Part shown: positions 50,800-61,086 of the stretch, piece by piece
How positions within the stretch are numbered: position 1 is the first letter of the stretch
Layout: every line of letters starts with the position of its first letter
NCBI GenBank assembly: GCA_031372565.1
Contig: JANMLN010000201.1
Location: 22,094 to 86,093 of the forward strand
Origin: Gemmatimonadota bacterium
GTDB lineage: Bacteria > Gemmatimonadota > Gemmatimonadetes > Gemmatimonadales > Gemmatimonadaceae
Length of the DNA: 64,000 nucleotides
Direction: 5' to 3'
Position numbers and translations under genes: made by a program
The notes under the pieces: generated by a model
The model's database searches: none
Seen by the model: the letters and a program-made list of their open reading frames with translations, nothing else
Told to the model about the DNA's origin: nothing

Positions 50800-51123
50800 T
50801 AGGAAATTCAATCGGGGTCGGTGGAGTCTGGGGCGCGGGCCGTGCCCCGGCTCGGGCGGGCCCGCGTCGAGGGCGGGCTCCGCGCGCCAGCGTGGGTGGC
50901 GGGTGCCGCGCGGCTGCGGAGGTGGGTGCGGATCTGGTCGCTCACCGACGTCTGGATCAGGAGCTGTGCAGCGCGGCGTTCCGGAAATCACCGATGAAGT
51001 GCGCGAAGTTGCGCGGATTGCAGCGGAATGCGGCGGCGGTGCTCGCCAATCGAGCCGAACGCTGATCTCAGCCAAGCTCGGGGTTGTGTCATCGAAGGCG
51101 TGCGTGACGCATGCCGGCCGATA

Positions 51124-53844
51124 TCACCGCACCGCCCCCGCCAGCTTCGCCCGCACCTCGGCGGCCCAGTTCGTGATCTGCACCAGCTCCACCTTGCCAC
51201 CGGTCGCCGCCGAGACCGGCAGACGCAAGAGCAGGAAGCGCTGCGCATCGGGCGACGCGTCGTAGAACAGCGAGAGCTCATTCGACGCATAGCCGTTCGT
51301 ATTGAACAACGGCGTCTGCGTGCCGAGCTTGAACGTTGCATCAGGCAGCACCGCCGCGCTCACGAGCATCCCGGCACCGTCGAGGTAGAACAACTCGCGA
51401 CCGTTGCGCGACCAGAGTGGGGCGAGCCCGCCCGCCTGCGACAGCTGCCACCGCCCAGCGTTCACGTCGGGGTACGGCCGGACATACACTTCGTACCGCC
51501 CCGATTCATTCGACGCATACGCAAGCCACTTCCCATCGGGCGACAAGGCGGGCCCGATCTCCTGATAAGTGGGCGACGCCACGAGCGGCACCGCGGTGTC
51601 GCGGCCGCGCTGCGCTTGCACGATGTCCCGCGAACCCGGCGCAGTGAGGCGGACCAGAAACGTGGTGCTCTCGGGGGTGACCACCACCTCGTTGAGGCCC
51701 CGGGCGAGGCGCACGACGGTGTCCACCACCCCTGTGCCATCGGCGGGTTTGCGAAACACGAACCCGCGTCGCCCGCTGCTCCCGCTCGTGAACAGCAGTG
51801 AACGCCCATCGGGCGACCACACCGGATTGGCGTTGCCGCCGCCGAACGTGACCCGGGTGTTCGTGAACGGCGCGCGGTCCAGTTGCTTGACCCAGATATC
51901 TGCCACGACGGCACCGCTGCGAAGCACCATGACGGCCAGCTGCCGTCCATCGGGTGACAGCGCGAGCGTTCGGCCGTTCTCAAAGGCGGTGCCCAGGCGC
52001 CAGCCGGTGTCCACTGGAGTCGCCGTCCCGGATCGACTGACCCACACGGGCATCGCGTCGCTAAACACGGAGAGTATCCCATTCCCCGGCACGTACAACG
52101 CCATTCCCGACGCCGACACCACCATGTCGGCATTCCCCGGCGTGCCGCGCACACCTGTGAGTACGGCGACCGGCGTCCGAGTGAACGACAACGTCTTCAC
52201 GTCGAACGGCGCGGCATACACCTGTCCGTCGCGTGCGGCATAGGCCACCACGCCACCGGCAAGCCACCAGGCATCGAGCGCGTCTTCGGCGAGCCGTGTG
52301 GGTTTGCTCGTCCGCAGATCGACCGCAAGCAACGCCGAGCCATTGCACCCCGCTTCGCACATCATGAACAGCGCCGAGCGCCCGCCCGGGAGTGCCGACA
52401 CGTTGCGCACGGTGCGACCGCCCGTGTCCGCGGCCAGGATAACCCGCGAGGGACCGCCATTCCTCGAGACCGCGCGGAGCCCGTTGTCCTGATGGACATA
52501 CAGGACGGTATCGGTCTCCAGCCACGCTAAGCTGGTGTTCGCTGCTCTGAGTGAGTCGGCCAGCGCGGTCGGCGACCCACCCGCCCGCGGGATCGTGTAC
52601 AGCTTCCGGTCCCGTCCACCGGCATACGCCAGCCACTGACCGTCGGGGGAGAAGGTCGGAGCCGTTGGCTGCCCGCTGGTGCCAGGGATGACGGTCGCCG
52701 TGACTTCATCGCGCCGCTTGAGATACAGTTGCGTGGTCTCGCCCCGTCCGTGCGTGAAGACGATGGCCGAGCCATCGGGCGCAATATCCATGGTCCGCCC
52801 GATCGTGCCAAGGTTACTCGTCGCGAGACTGTCGCTCAGCACAATGCGGTGGCGCGACACCTCGGCTGGTGGCGCCGGCTTGAGCCAGCCCCAGAGCGCG
52901 ACTGCCGCTGTCGCTGTGGTCACGAGCAGTGCGGCCATCGTGAGGCGTTGTGCGCGCGGTGATTGCGCGGGGGTACCTGCGGTGGCGCTGGTCGCGGCGT
53001 AGGTGGCGCCACTGTTGGTGGACAACGCCGTCGCGAACTCGGCGGCGCTGGCAAAGCGATCGGCGGGCAGCTTGGCGAGGGCCGTGAGCACCGCGACTTC
53101 GATGTGAGGCGGCACCGTCTTGCGAACGACCGACAACCGTTCGGGTTCGCTGCTGATGACCTTGGCGACGATCGCCTGCACGCTGCTGCCGGTGAACGGC
53201 GCATCACCGGCGAGCATTTCGTACGTCACCGCGCCGAGCGCATAGACGTCACTGCGCGCATCGATGGTGCGCTCTCCCATCGCCTGCTCGGGACTCATGT
53301 ACTGCGGCGTGCCGAGACTCAATCCGGTTTGCGTCATGCGCTGTCCACCGGCCGTCTGCACGGCGAGCGCAATGCCGAAGTCGGCCACGAGCGCACTCCC
53401 ATCGTGCAGGAGAATGTTCTCCGGCTTGATGTCGCGATGAATCACGTTCTGGCGATGCGCGTAGTCGAGCGCACTCGCCACTTCGCGCGCGATGCGCACG
53501 GCGTCGGCGATAGGAAGCTGGCGTTCGCGCTCCAGCCGTGCGCGCAACGTTTCGCCCGTCACTAGAGGCATCACGTAGTACAGCAGCCCATCCGCCTCGC
53601 CGCTGTCGAGCAGCGGCAGAATGTGCGGATGCTGCAATCGCGCCGTGGTGCGGATTTCGGTCAGAAACCGCTCGCCGCCGAGCGCGGCACCCAAGTCGGG
53701 GTGCAGCACCTTGATCGCGACGTCGCGCTCGTGCTTGATGTCGTGCGCGAGATACACGGTGGCCATGCCACCAGCGCCGAGTTCGCGGTCGAGGCGGTAG
53801 CGGTCGGCGAGCGCGGTGGTGAGGCGTTCGATCGGAGACGTCAT
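51124..53844 (-). CDS. Membrane Ser/Thr protein kinase with PD40/TolB-like beta-propeller ectodomain (copy 1)
   Basis: LGAGGMATVY, VAIK, HRDIKPEN, DFG, GTPQYMSPEQ; one TM; repeated SPDG..LA. Confidence 0.95.
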   Translation of the reverse strand: MTSPIERLTTALADRYRLDRELGAGGMATVYLAHDIKHERDVAIKVLHPDLGAALGGERFLTEIRTTARLQHPHILPLLDSGEADGLLYYVMPLVTGETLRARLERERQLPIADAVRIAREVASALDYAHRQNVIHRDIKPENILLHDGSALVADFGIALAVQTAGGQRMTQTGLSLGTPQYMSPEQAMGERTIDARSDVYALGAVTYEMLAGDAPFTGSSVQAIVAKVISSEPERLSVVRKTVPPHIEVAVLTALAKLPADRFASAAEFATALSTNSGATYAATSATAGTPAQSPRAQRLTMAALLVTTATAAVALWGWLKPAPPAEVSRHRIVLSDSLATSNLGTIGRTMDIAPDGSAIVFTHGRGETTQLYLKRRDEVTATVIPGTSGQPTAPTFSPDGQWLAYAGGRDRKLYTIPRAGGSPTALADSLRAANTSLAWLETDTVLYVHQDNGLRAVSRNGGPSRVILAADTGGRTVRNVSALPGGRSALFMMCEAGCNGSALLAVDLRTSKPTRLAEDALDAWWLAGGVVAYAARDGQVYAAPFDVKTLSFTRTPVAVLTGVRGTPGNADMVVSASGMALYVPGNGILSVFSDAMPVWVSRSGTATPVDTGWRLGTAFENGRTLALSPDGRQLAVMVLRSGAVVADIWVKQLDRAPFTNTRVTFGGGNANPVWSPDGRSLLFTSGSSGRRGFVFRKPADGTGVVDTVVRLARGLNEVVVTPESTTFLVRLTAPGSRDIVQAQRGRDTAVPLVASPTYQEIGPALSPDGKWLAYASNESGRYEVYVRPYPDVNAGRWQLSQAGGLAPLWSRNGRELFYLDGAGMLVSAAVLPDATFKLGTQTPLFNTNGYASNELSLFYDASPDAQRFLLLRLPVSAATGGKVELVQITNWAAEVRAKLAGAVR

Positions 53845-54203
53845 GTCTCTGCGGCCACGCCCAAGGCCCGCGCTGCCTGATCGAGCCGCTTATCCAGGCT
53901 CCAGAGCCGCGTGTCATCAAGCACCGCCGACGCCAGGAGGTGGATGTCGATGTACCCGAGGCCTCGGCACATCAGGCGCCGCGCATCGATAAACGCGAGC
54001 GTCTCCTCGGGCGTGCTCACCGTGCTCGCCGGGAGCTTGCCGAGCAGCTCGAGCACCACCGCGCGTTGGCGGAGGGTCCCGCAGGCCAGCTCGCCCACCA
54101 CAAACGGATGGGAGCGCACATCACCGCGCTCGAGGAGCGCCGCGAGTCGCGCGTTGTCGTGCCGCAGGTGGTCGATCCAGACCGACGTGTCCACCAGAAT
54201 CAC
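53841..54203 (-). CDS. vapC: PIN-domain toxin (VapC-like)
   Basis: ILVDTSVWIDHLR, HPFVVGELACG, GLGYID.HLLAS, LWSLDKRL; stop overlaps kinase ATG. Confidence 0.92.
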   Translation of the reverse strand: MILVDTSVWIDHLRHDNARLAALLERGDVRSHPFVVGELACGTLRQRAVVLELLGKLPASTVSTPEETLAFIDARRLMCRGLGYIDIHLLASAVLDDTRLWSLDKRLDQAARALGVAAET

Positions 54204-54415
54204 GGCGCCGTCGTACCCCGAGGCGGACGTGACCGGCGGCGCGGGGGCGCCGCGGCCTGTGGATCTTTCCCACCGAGCGCCGCGAGCCGGCGTGCACTCT
54301 CCCGGGCAATCAAGGCACGGAGTCCCTCATGCACGAGCGCGGTTTTCTCCTCGATGCCCGTCAGGCGGCGCGCCTCGTTCAGCACGGCGTCATCCAGATT
54401 GAGTGTCGTTTTCAT
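54200..54415 (-). CDS. vapB: VapB-family antitoxin
   Basis: MKTTLNLDD..L.EA.RLTG..EKTALV.EGL.ALI.RE.ARRLA.LGG. Confidence 0.9.
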   Translation of the reverse strand: MKTTLNLDDAVLNEARRLTGIEEKTALVHEGLRALIARESARRLAALGGKDPQAAAPPRRRSRPPRGTTAP

Positions 54416-54451
54416 ATGTATCAATATGGGTGTTGGATACATACGTCACAA
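54415..54451 (-). promoter_or_regulatory. Candidate promoter TTGTGA-17-CATATT with inverted repeat TATGTATC-N13-GATACATA
   Basis: -10 at 54423-54428, 7 nt from the ATG; IR arms 54415-54422 and 54436-54443. Confidence 0.6.
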
Positions 54452-54474
54452 GCGGAGCGCCAGCGGGGTCTCAC

Positions 54475-54524
54475 GGGGTCGGAGTGGTAGAACGGGGCGC
54501 TTTCAACGACTCCGACCCCTTGAA
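54475..54524. repeat. Inverted repeat GGGGTCGGAGT...ACTCCGACCCC (second REP-like family)
   Basis: Arms 54475-54485 and 54509-54519; the motif recurs at 58001-58064. Confidence 0.7.
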
Positions 54525-54537
54525 CGAACCCCGTCGT

Positions 54538-57198
54538 TCACTTCGCCGCTCCATCCACGGCGGTTTTCAGACGCGTAACAAAGTCCGGGATGAAACGCAG
54601 ATACCGCGAGTCGGTTTGCTCCGGGCCTTGGGCGTAAACGATGCCACCGTCCCACGATGCGCGATTGGACCACCCGGGCGTGTCGAGAAAGCGGGGATCG
54701 CGCGCCCACACGCTCGGCGCGCCGACGAGCGCGCCGGTCGTGCGATCAAAGCGCGCGCTGTACCACGTCACGCCCGATCGGTAGAGCAACTCGGTCGGCG
54801 AGAGCCAGACCGGCTCCACGCCGCCGACCGCCACCTGCTGCTGTTGGGTACCGCGCGGATACGGCCCGACGAGCAGCTGATTGGTCTGCGACGTATGCCA
54901 AGCGAGTCGTGTCCCGTCGGGAGAGCGCGTCATGAAGATGGCGTCCTTCGACAGGGTGTCGATGCGTACCGACCGTCCGGCCATCATGAGACGAAAGACG
55001 GTCGGGGTGCGACTGTCGCGCGCCAGGATCGTCGAGTCATCGCTGAAGTCGAGGGCATCGAGGGCATCCTGTTCGCGGACGCGCCGCATGAGCGTGTCCG
55101 GGGCGCCCGTCGCGTCAGGAGAACCGATCAGCAGCGCCGCGCCGGCGTCGTCTTCCACGCGCACCACGATCCGATCGCTCCGCGGGTTCCAGAGCGGCAT
55201 CCGGATGATCGCCGCTCGGAGCCAGACCTGCATCAGTCCACTACGCAGATCGTAAATGCGAAGCTCGTCACCCTCGGGCGTGGCCACTACGGCGGCCAGT
55301 CGCTTCCCGTCGCGGGAGAGATCGAAACGCAGAAACGGACCACGTTCCATGGACAGCGGGACCGCATCCGCCCCTACGCGACGCACCACCATCGCCGCCA
55401 GCCGCTCAGCACCAGCGGGTGCGTACCCCAGCAGTCCGTTCGTCGACATTTCGAATTGCGCGATGCCATTGGCATCGCGGCTCACGCCGCGCACCAGCGA
55501 AACCGCCCGGCCCAGCTGACGTGTGCGCGCGTCATACGACGCCCCACGGAGCGTGCCGTCGAGCGAGACGTACATCATGTAGGCGCCGTCGATGAGAAGG
55601 AACGCTGTCCCCGACACCGCTCGCGCCGTTTTGCCTTCTTCACGCGTCGTCGTGATGGGCAGCACCTCACCGGACGCCGGATCGATCAGCGTGGCCGACT
55701 CGTTGTAGCTGCACAGCACTTTGCGTTCGGCGGCAAGCCACTGACCCCATGGGCAGCGCGTCCCCGAAATCTTTCGATCCTCTACCACGCCCAGTTCCGG
55801 ATCGAGCCCGGTCAGTCGGTAGCCGTCGCCCGCGAGCGCGAACAGACGCGTATCGGAGATCCATTCCAGCGTGGGCGGCGGTGCGCTCTGCATCAGTTGG
55901 CGAGGCTCGCCGCCACCGATAGGCAGGATCATGATGTGCGTCCTGGTCGCGAACGCGAGGCGCTGCCCGTCCGGAGAGATGCGCGGACTGCGGCCACCCG
56001 ATGTGCCGGTGATCGGCGCCGCCGACGCATCGACGAGACTGCGGCGCCACAGCATCGTGGAGTCGCCGCGCTGCACGGCGTACACCACAAAGTCGCCGCC
56101 AGCCGAGACCGACAGTTGGCGACTCGACGAACCGAATCCGGTGGCGATCGTGCCCGCCACGCGTGCCATGGGCGCGCTGTCCGGAAGCGCCGCATCGAAG
56201 ATCGCGGTCGAGGCTACGGCGGGCACTCGCGTGAGCGCCCGTCCGGCTGCCGCAAGCGACACCACGGTGGTGACGGCCAGCACGGCGGCGACCACCCGTA
56301 AACCCCGGCCGCGATCCGTTGAAGCCGGTGCCAGCGGCGCGTCTCCCGCGTGGCGGTCCAACGCGGTCGTGTTCGCGATGAGCGCCGCCGCGAACTCCGT
56401 CGTACTGGCAAAGCGGTCAGCCGGCAGCTTGCTCAGCGCGCGGAGCACCGCCTGCTCTGCGCCGACCGGCACCGTATCGCGCACCGTGCGGATTGACGGC
56501 GGTTTCTCCGTGAGCACGCGCGCCACGATGGCCTGCACACTCGAGCCAGTGAACGGCGCGTCGCCGGTGAGCATTTCGTACGTCACCGCGCCGAGCGCGT
56601 ATACATCGCTGCGCGCATCGATGGTGCGTTCGCCCATCGCCTGCTCGGGGCTCATGTACTGCGGTGTGCCGAGGCTCAGGCCGGTCTGCGTCAGGCGCGC
56701 ACCGCCGGCACTCTGCACCGCGAGCGCGATGCCGAAATCGGCCACGAGCGCACTGCCATCGTGCAAGAGAATGTTCTCCGGCTTGATGTCGCGGTGAATG
56801 ACGTTCTGGCGATGCGCGTAGTCGAGCGCGCTCGCCACTTCGCGTGCAATACGAACGGCGTCATTGATCGGCAGCTGCCTCTCGCGTTCCAACCGCGCGC
56901 GCAGCGTTTCGCCGGTCACGAGCGGCATGACGTAGTACAGCAACCCGTCCGCTTCACCACTGTCGAGCAACGGCAGAATGTGCGGATGCTGCAACCGCGC
57001 GGTGGTGCGGATTTCGCTCAGGAACCGCTCGCCGCCGAGTGCCGCGCCCAAGTCGGGGTGCAGGACCTTGATGGCGACGTCACGCTCGTGCTTGAGGTCG
57101 TGCGCGAGATACACGGTGGCCATGCCACCGGCGCCGAGTTCGCGGTCAAGGCGGTAGCGGCCCTCGAGGGCGGTGGTCAGGCGTGTCAGCACGCTCAT
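54538..57198 (-). CDS. Membrane Ser/Thr protein kinase with beta-propeller ectodomain (copy 2)
   Basis: Kinase motifs as copy 1; one TM; ISPDG, LSRDG, SPDG repeats. Confidence 0.95.
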   Translation of the reverse strand: MSVLTRLTTALEGRYRLDRELGAGGMATVYLAHDLKHERDVAIKVLHPDLGAALGGERFLSEIRTTARLQHPHILPLLDSGEADGLLYYVMPLVTGETLRARLERERQLPINDAVRIAREVASALDYAHRQNVIHRDIKPENILLHDGSALVADFGIALAVQSAGGARLTQTGLSLGTPQYMSPEQAMGERTIDARSDVYALGAVTYEMLTGDAPFTGSSVQAIVARVLTEKPPSIRTVRDTVPVGAEQAVLRALSKLPADRFASTTEFAAALIANTTALDRHAGDAPLAPASTDRGRGLRVVAAVLAVTTVVSLAAAGRALTRVPAVASTAIFDAALPDSAPMARVAGTIATGFGSSSRQLSVSAGGDFVVYAVQRGDSTMLWRRSLVDASAAPITGTSGGRSPRISPDGQRLAFATRTHIMILPIGGGEPRQLMQSAPPPTLEWISDTRLFALAGDGYRLTGLDPELGVVEDRKISGTRCPWGQWLAAERKVLCSYNESATLIDPASGEVLPITTTREEGKTARAVSGTAFLLIDGAYMMYVSLDGTLRGASYDARTRQLGRAVSLVRGVSRDANGIAQFEMSTNGLLGYAPAGAERLAAMVVRRVGADAVPLSMERGPFLRFDLSRDGKRLAAVVATPEGDELRIYDLRSGLMQVWLRAAIIRMPLWNPRSDRIVVRVEDDAGAALLIGSPDATGAPDTLMRRVREQDALDALDFSDDSTILARDSRTPTVFRLMMAGRSVRIDTLSKDAIFMTRSPDGTRLAWHTSQTNQLLVGPYPRGTQQQQVAVGGVEPVWLSPTELLYRSGVTWYSARFDRTTGALVGAPSVWARDPRFLDTPGWSNRASWDGGIVYAQGPEQTDSRYLRFIPDFVTRLKTAVDGAAK

Positions 57199-57223
57199 GG
57201 CGTAGCCGCCAGCACCGACGGGG

Positions 57224-57667
57224 TCACGGTTCGGCCGTCAACGGATCGACGACCTCGACGAAGGGGAAGCGGGCAAAATCGGTATCGCGCGTACAGATGC
57301 GGCGAATTCCGTGCTCGCGCATGAGCACCGCCGTCTCCGCGTCGTGCCACAAGTTGCCGCTGATGATCGGAACCTCCGACATGACTTCCGCCAGCACCGC
57401 GGCATGACGATCGGTCGGCGTGAGCATCGACAACCCCGGAGACTGCTGCAGGGCCGTGAGAAACTCCCCGGCGGCGTGACCGGTCCACGGCTTACGCAAG
57501 ACGCGGGGATGCGTGACAACGCGGAGAAACTCGTAGCAGTTGCCCCAGGTGAGATACCACGCGCCATGCTGCGCGCGCCAGCGTTCGAGGAGCAGGCGAC
57601 ACCGCGCGTGTTCCGGTGCGCTGACGTCGGCCGCGTACACCAGCACATTGGTGTCCACCACGAACAT
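57224..57667 (-). CDS. vapC: PIN-domain toxin (VapC-like)
   Basis: VVDTNVLVYA, EFLRVVTHPR, GNL.HDA..A.LMREHG...ICTRD.DF.RF. Confidence 0.92.
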   Translation of the reverse strand: MFVVDTNVLVYAADVSAPEHARCRLLLERWRAQHGAWYLTWGNCYEFLRVVTHPRVLRKPWTGHAAGEFLTALQQSPGLSMLTPTDRHAAVLAEVMSEVPIISGNLWHDAETAVLMREHGIRRICTRDTDFARFPFVEVVDPLTAEP

Positions 57668-57895
57668 CTATCGCTCCTCCATCACGCGATAGAGCGCCTC
57701 GCGATCGGCCACATCCACCAACGCCCCACCAGAATCGAAGCTCGGCAGCGGCACCAGTTCCGGCGCGGCCGACCGACGCTGCAGGAGCTGCCGCAACGCC
57801 ATCTCGACGAGCTCCGACATCGTGCGGCCGCTCCGCGCGGCCTCGCGGCGGAGCCGGTCCATCACCGTATCGTCGATGTTCAGCGTGGTCTTCAT
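57668..57895 (-). CDS. vapB: Ribbon-helix-helix antitoxin
   Basis: MKTTLNIDD.VM..LR.EAAR.GRTMSELVE.ALR..L; C-terminal LP.F..G...VDV.DR.ALY. Confidence 0.9.
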   Translation of the reverse strand: MKTTLNIDDTVMDRLRREAARSGRTMSELVEMALRQLLQRRSAAPELVPLPSFDSGGALVDVADREALYRVMEER

Positions 57896-57902
57896 ATGGC
57901 TA

Positions 57903-57931
57903 ACCATACGGGGCACACGGAGCTATGTCAA
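57903..57931 (-). promoter_or_regulatory. Sigma70 promoter TTGACA-17-TATGGT, 7 nt upstream of the antitoxin ATG
   Basis: Consensus -35 at 57926-57931, -10 at 57903-57908; IR TATGG-TTAG-CCATA over the -10/start. Confidence 0.8.
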
Positions 57932-58000
57932 AGTGAAGGGACGACAGTCGAGCCGATTCGCCCGCGTTCAACGCCGCTGACCGCATGAACTCACGTCCAA

Positions 58001-58064
58001 GGACGCTGACCCCTTGAGCCGAAAGGACTCTGACCCCTTCAACTCTCTGACCCCTTCAACTCTC
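58001..58064. repeat. Three direct copies of CTGACCCCTT, two of them in a 17-bp tandem
   Basis: GGACGCTGACCCCTTGA; GACTCTGACCCCTTCAACT; CTCTGACCCCTTCAACTCTC. Confidence 0.75.
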
Positions 58065-58080
58065 GGACAGCTGAAGAACC

Positions 58081-60753
58081 TTACCGCGTGAGCTTCGCCC
58101 GCAACTCCGTAAACCAATTCTCCGCCATCACCACCGGCGGCACCTTCGGCGCTGGCGTCGCGGTGATCATGAGGAAGCGATCGTCACCCGGCGCGACGTC
58201 GTACTGTTGTCGATTCGCCGCGTGTTTGTAGCCGTTGACCGAAAACAGCGCGCGCGGCGTGCCGAACGTGAACGACGGCCCAGGCAGCACCGGCACGACC
58301 GTGAGCGATCCGGCGGACACGAAGAACAGCTCTTTGCCGCTCCGCGAAAAGCGTGGCTCTTCACCACCACCACGAGAGACCTGACGTCGTGTCGTGCCAT
58401 CGGGAATCGAGGTGACGTACACCTCGCGCGCGCCACCTTCGTCGGAGACATAGGCCAGCCACCGTCCATCGGGAGACAGCGAGAAGACCATAGGCTGCGA
58501 AAGATCTGCCAGGATACGCCGCGGCGTCGTATCGCCGTCCACGCGACGCACGTAGACGCCGTAGCGGTCGTCCGGCTCGTTGGTCCGGTACACCATCCAG
58601 GCATTGTTCGCTGCGATCTCGACCTCCCACACACCGAGCGGAGCCTGCAGCCACGAGCGGACGGCCGACCCATCGCCTTCGGCCCGCATGATTCGCCAGG
58701 TCGCGCTCGAATCAGAAGGACGATTCACAAACGCCAGCGACTTGCCACCGTTGAACCAGAGGGGACGCCACTGCGTCCCACTTCCGCCGCGCACGCGTTG
58801 CGCCGGAGCATCGGCCGTTCGCAACCAGAGATCGATCGCTGTGCCAGCGGTGTTCCCCGCGTTCGTGCTCACGGCGATCGCCCGACCATCGGGCGCGATG
58901 GCGGGACCCGATAGCGGCGCCTTCCACGACGAATCGGCCGAGAGCACACGTCCGGTTCGGTCCACCCAGTGTAGCTGCTCCGCTTGATCGGCCCGCGGGT
59001 CCACCCGGTACAGCAATTGACCAGACGTAGCCACGCCGTAGAGTTTCGTCACGGGCCCATCGAGCACCGTCACCGACGCGCCAGTCGTTGTGAGGGCCTT
59101 CGCATCGAATGGCGTGGCCGTGACGCGGCGGTTCGATTCTATGGCCAGCAGGTGCCCCGTGTTGCTGTACTCCACCGCCACGAGATTCGTCAACAGCTCC
59201 GTCTTCTTGCCGCTTTCCAAATCCATCACCGCGCCGTAGGTGCGGAACGAACAGTTGTTCTGGCACCCGTACGCGAGCAGGCCACGCGAACCGGGGAGCG
59301 GGACCAGCCCTTGCACCGAGGTGGTCGTTCTCGCTTCGCCAAATTGGTAGCGCCGTATCTCGCGGCCGTCGGCATCGATCCGAACGCCTGTGTTGATATT
59401 GGCGAGGTACATGATGGTGCCGTCGTGCAGCCACACGGCCAATCGATTGACTCCCTCGATCCGCGCGACCAAGGTGATGGGCGCTCCACCGGATAGCGAC
59501 ATCTTCTTGAGGGCCCCGTCCATGGTGAAGAAGCCCAGCGTTTGCCCGTCCGCTGACAGGAAGGGCGAGACCCCATTCTCCGTGCCGGGAATCAGTTGGG
59601 CACGCTCTGCGTCCCGCGCTTTGCGATACAATTTCCACTGACCATCGAGCGAATCGGCGAACACCAACGTGGAACCATCGAGCGCCATGGCCAGCTGCGT
59701 GCGATAAGCGTTTAGCTGCGCCGAGGAAACGATGGCATGCTGCCATAACACCACCTGTTGCCGTGACGTGGGTGCCTCAGATGTACGGCGCCACAACAGC
59801 GAGGCGCCGAATCCGACGGCCACGCCAATCACACCAAGCGCCACCGCGAGCCCCCGTGCACGCGAGGTCGCCGCGTGACGCACTACCGTTGTCGCCGCCA
59901 TGCGCGCGCCGGTGCCACCGCGCACCGCCTCAGCGAACTCGGCGGTCGTCGCAAAGCGATCAGCGGGAATCTTTTCGAGTCCTTGCAACACCGCCGCTTC
60001 CACATGCGGCGGCACCGCGGGCCGCTGTGTCACCAACGCGCGCGGCGCTTCTGACATCAGCCGCGCCACGATGGCCTGCACCGTGGGTCCGGTAAACGGC
60101 GGTTCACCCGCCAGCATTTCATAGGTCACCGCGGCCAGCGCGTACACGTCCGATCGTGCATCGATGGTGCGTTCGCCCGTGGCCTGCTCGGGACTCATGT
60201 ACTGCGGCGTGCCAAGGCTCAATCCGGTCTGCGTCATGCGCTGACCACCGGCGCTTTGCACCGCGAGGGCAATCCCAAAATCCGCGATGAGCGCCGAGCC
60301 ATCGTGCAGGAGGATGTTGTCCGGCTTGATGTCGCGATGAATCACGCCTTGCCGGTGCGCGTAATCGAGCGCACTGGCCACTTCGCGTGCGATGCGCACC
60401 GCGTCGGCGATGGGCAGCTGCTTCTCGCGCTCCATGCGGGCACGCAGCGTTTCACCCGTCACCAGCGGCATGACGTAGTACAGCAGGCCGTCGGCCTCGC
60501 CGCTGTCGAGCAGCGGCAGAATATGCGGATGCTGCAACCGCGCGGTGGTGCGGATTTCGCTCAGAAAGCGCTCGCCGCCGAGCGCTGCGCCTAGGTCGGG
60601 ATGCAGCACCTTGATCGCGACATCGCGCTCGTGCTTCAGGTCGTGCGCGAGATACACGGTCGCCATGCCACCGGCGCCGAGTTCGCGGATAACGCGATAG
60701 CGGTCGGCGAGGGCGGCGGTGAGACGCGCCAGAGCCGGGGTGGCGTTACTCAC
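58081..60753 (-). CDS. Membrane Ser/Thr protein kinase with beta-propeller ectodomain (copy 3)
   Basis: Probable GTG 60753 overlapping the upstream stop by 8 nt; kinase motifs (HRDIKPDN, DFG); one TM; SPDG repeats. Confidence 0.93.
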   Translation of the reverse strand: MSNATPALARLTAALADRYRVIRELGAGGMATVYLAHDLKHERDVAIKVLHPDLGAALGGERFLSEIRTTARLQHPHILPLLDSGEADGLLYYVMPLVTGETLRARMEREKQLPIADAVRIAREVASALDYAHRQGVIHRDIKPDNILLHDGSALIADFGIALAVQSAGGQRMTQTGLSLGTPQYMSPEQATGERTIDARSDVYALAAVTYEMLAGEPPFTGPTVQAIVARLMSEAPRALVTQRPAVPPHVEAAVLQGLEKIPADRFATTAEFAEAVRGGTGARMAATTVVRHAATSRARGLAVALGVIGVAVGFGASLLWRRTSEAPTSRQQVVLWQHAIVSSAQLNAYRTQLAMALDGSTLVFADSLDGQWKLYRKARDAERAQLIPGTENGVSPFLSADGQTLGFFTMDGALKKMSLSGGAPITLVARIEGVNRLAVWLHDGTIMYLANINTGVRIDADGREIRRYQFGEARTTTSVQGLVPLPGSRGLLAYGCQNNCSFRTYGAVMDLESGKKTELLTNLVAVEYSNTGHLLAIESNRRVTATPFDAKALTTTGASVTVLDGPVTKLYGVATSGQLLYRVDPRADQAEQLHWVDRTGRVLSADSSWKAPLSGPAIAPDGRAIAVSTNAGNTAGTAIDLWLRTADAPAQRVRGGSGTQWRPLWFNGGKSLAFVNRPSDSSATWRIMRAEGDGSAVRSWLQAPLGVWEVEIAANNAWMVYRTNEPDDRYGVYVRRVDGDTTPRRILADLSQPMVFSLSPDGRWLAYVSDEGGAREVYVTSIPDGTTRRQVSRGGGEEPRFSRSGKELFFVSAGSLTVVPVLPGPSFTFGTPRALFSVNGYKHAANRQQYDVAPGDDRFLMITATPAPKVPPVVMAENWFTELRAKLTR

Positions 60754-61081
60754 CGCCGAGCGCCTCGATGTCAGCGAGATCCTTGAGGCGGCCGCTTGCC
60801 GGCTTGTTGCGGATGAACGCGGCCTTCCCGATGAACGGTACGAGCACGTCATCGAAGTAGGCCTCGATCCGATCTGGCCATGCCTCGTCGAACGTCACGC
60901 CGCTGATTCCCGTGAGGATATCAATGCGCCACGGAGGGAGTCCGAACTGCGCGACGGTGTCTGGACGCGTGAAGTCGGCTGGCGTGATCGCCAGTGACTC
61001 GAGTGGCGCACCAAAGGCGGCCAGTGCCGACCAGACACGCGCGGCGTTCTCCGACGGCAGATCGCGGAAGTCCTCGACCAT
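60746..61081 (-). pseudogene. Nucleotidyltransferase-family (DUF6036-like) protein with apparent in-frame internal deletion
   Basis: ENAARV..AL..FGAP, G.PP.RIDILT.I.GV.FDEAW, NK.ASGR.KDLAD present; DFRDL is joined directly to PSEN without the usual G...RxTxDxD segment. Confidence 0.65.
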
Positions 61082-61086
61082 ATCCG

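Noticed and set aside
50800..51123. Small gene between the IS remnant and kinase 1
   Set aside because: No frame gives a recognisable protein or start context
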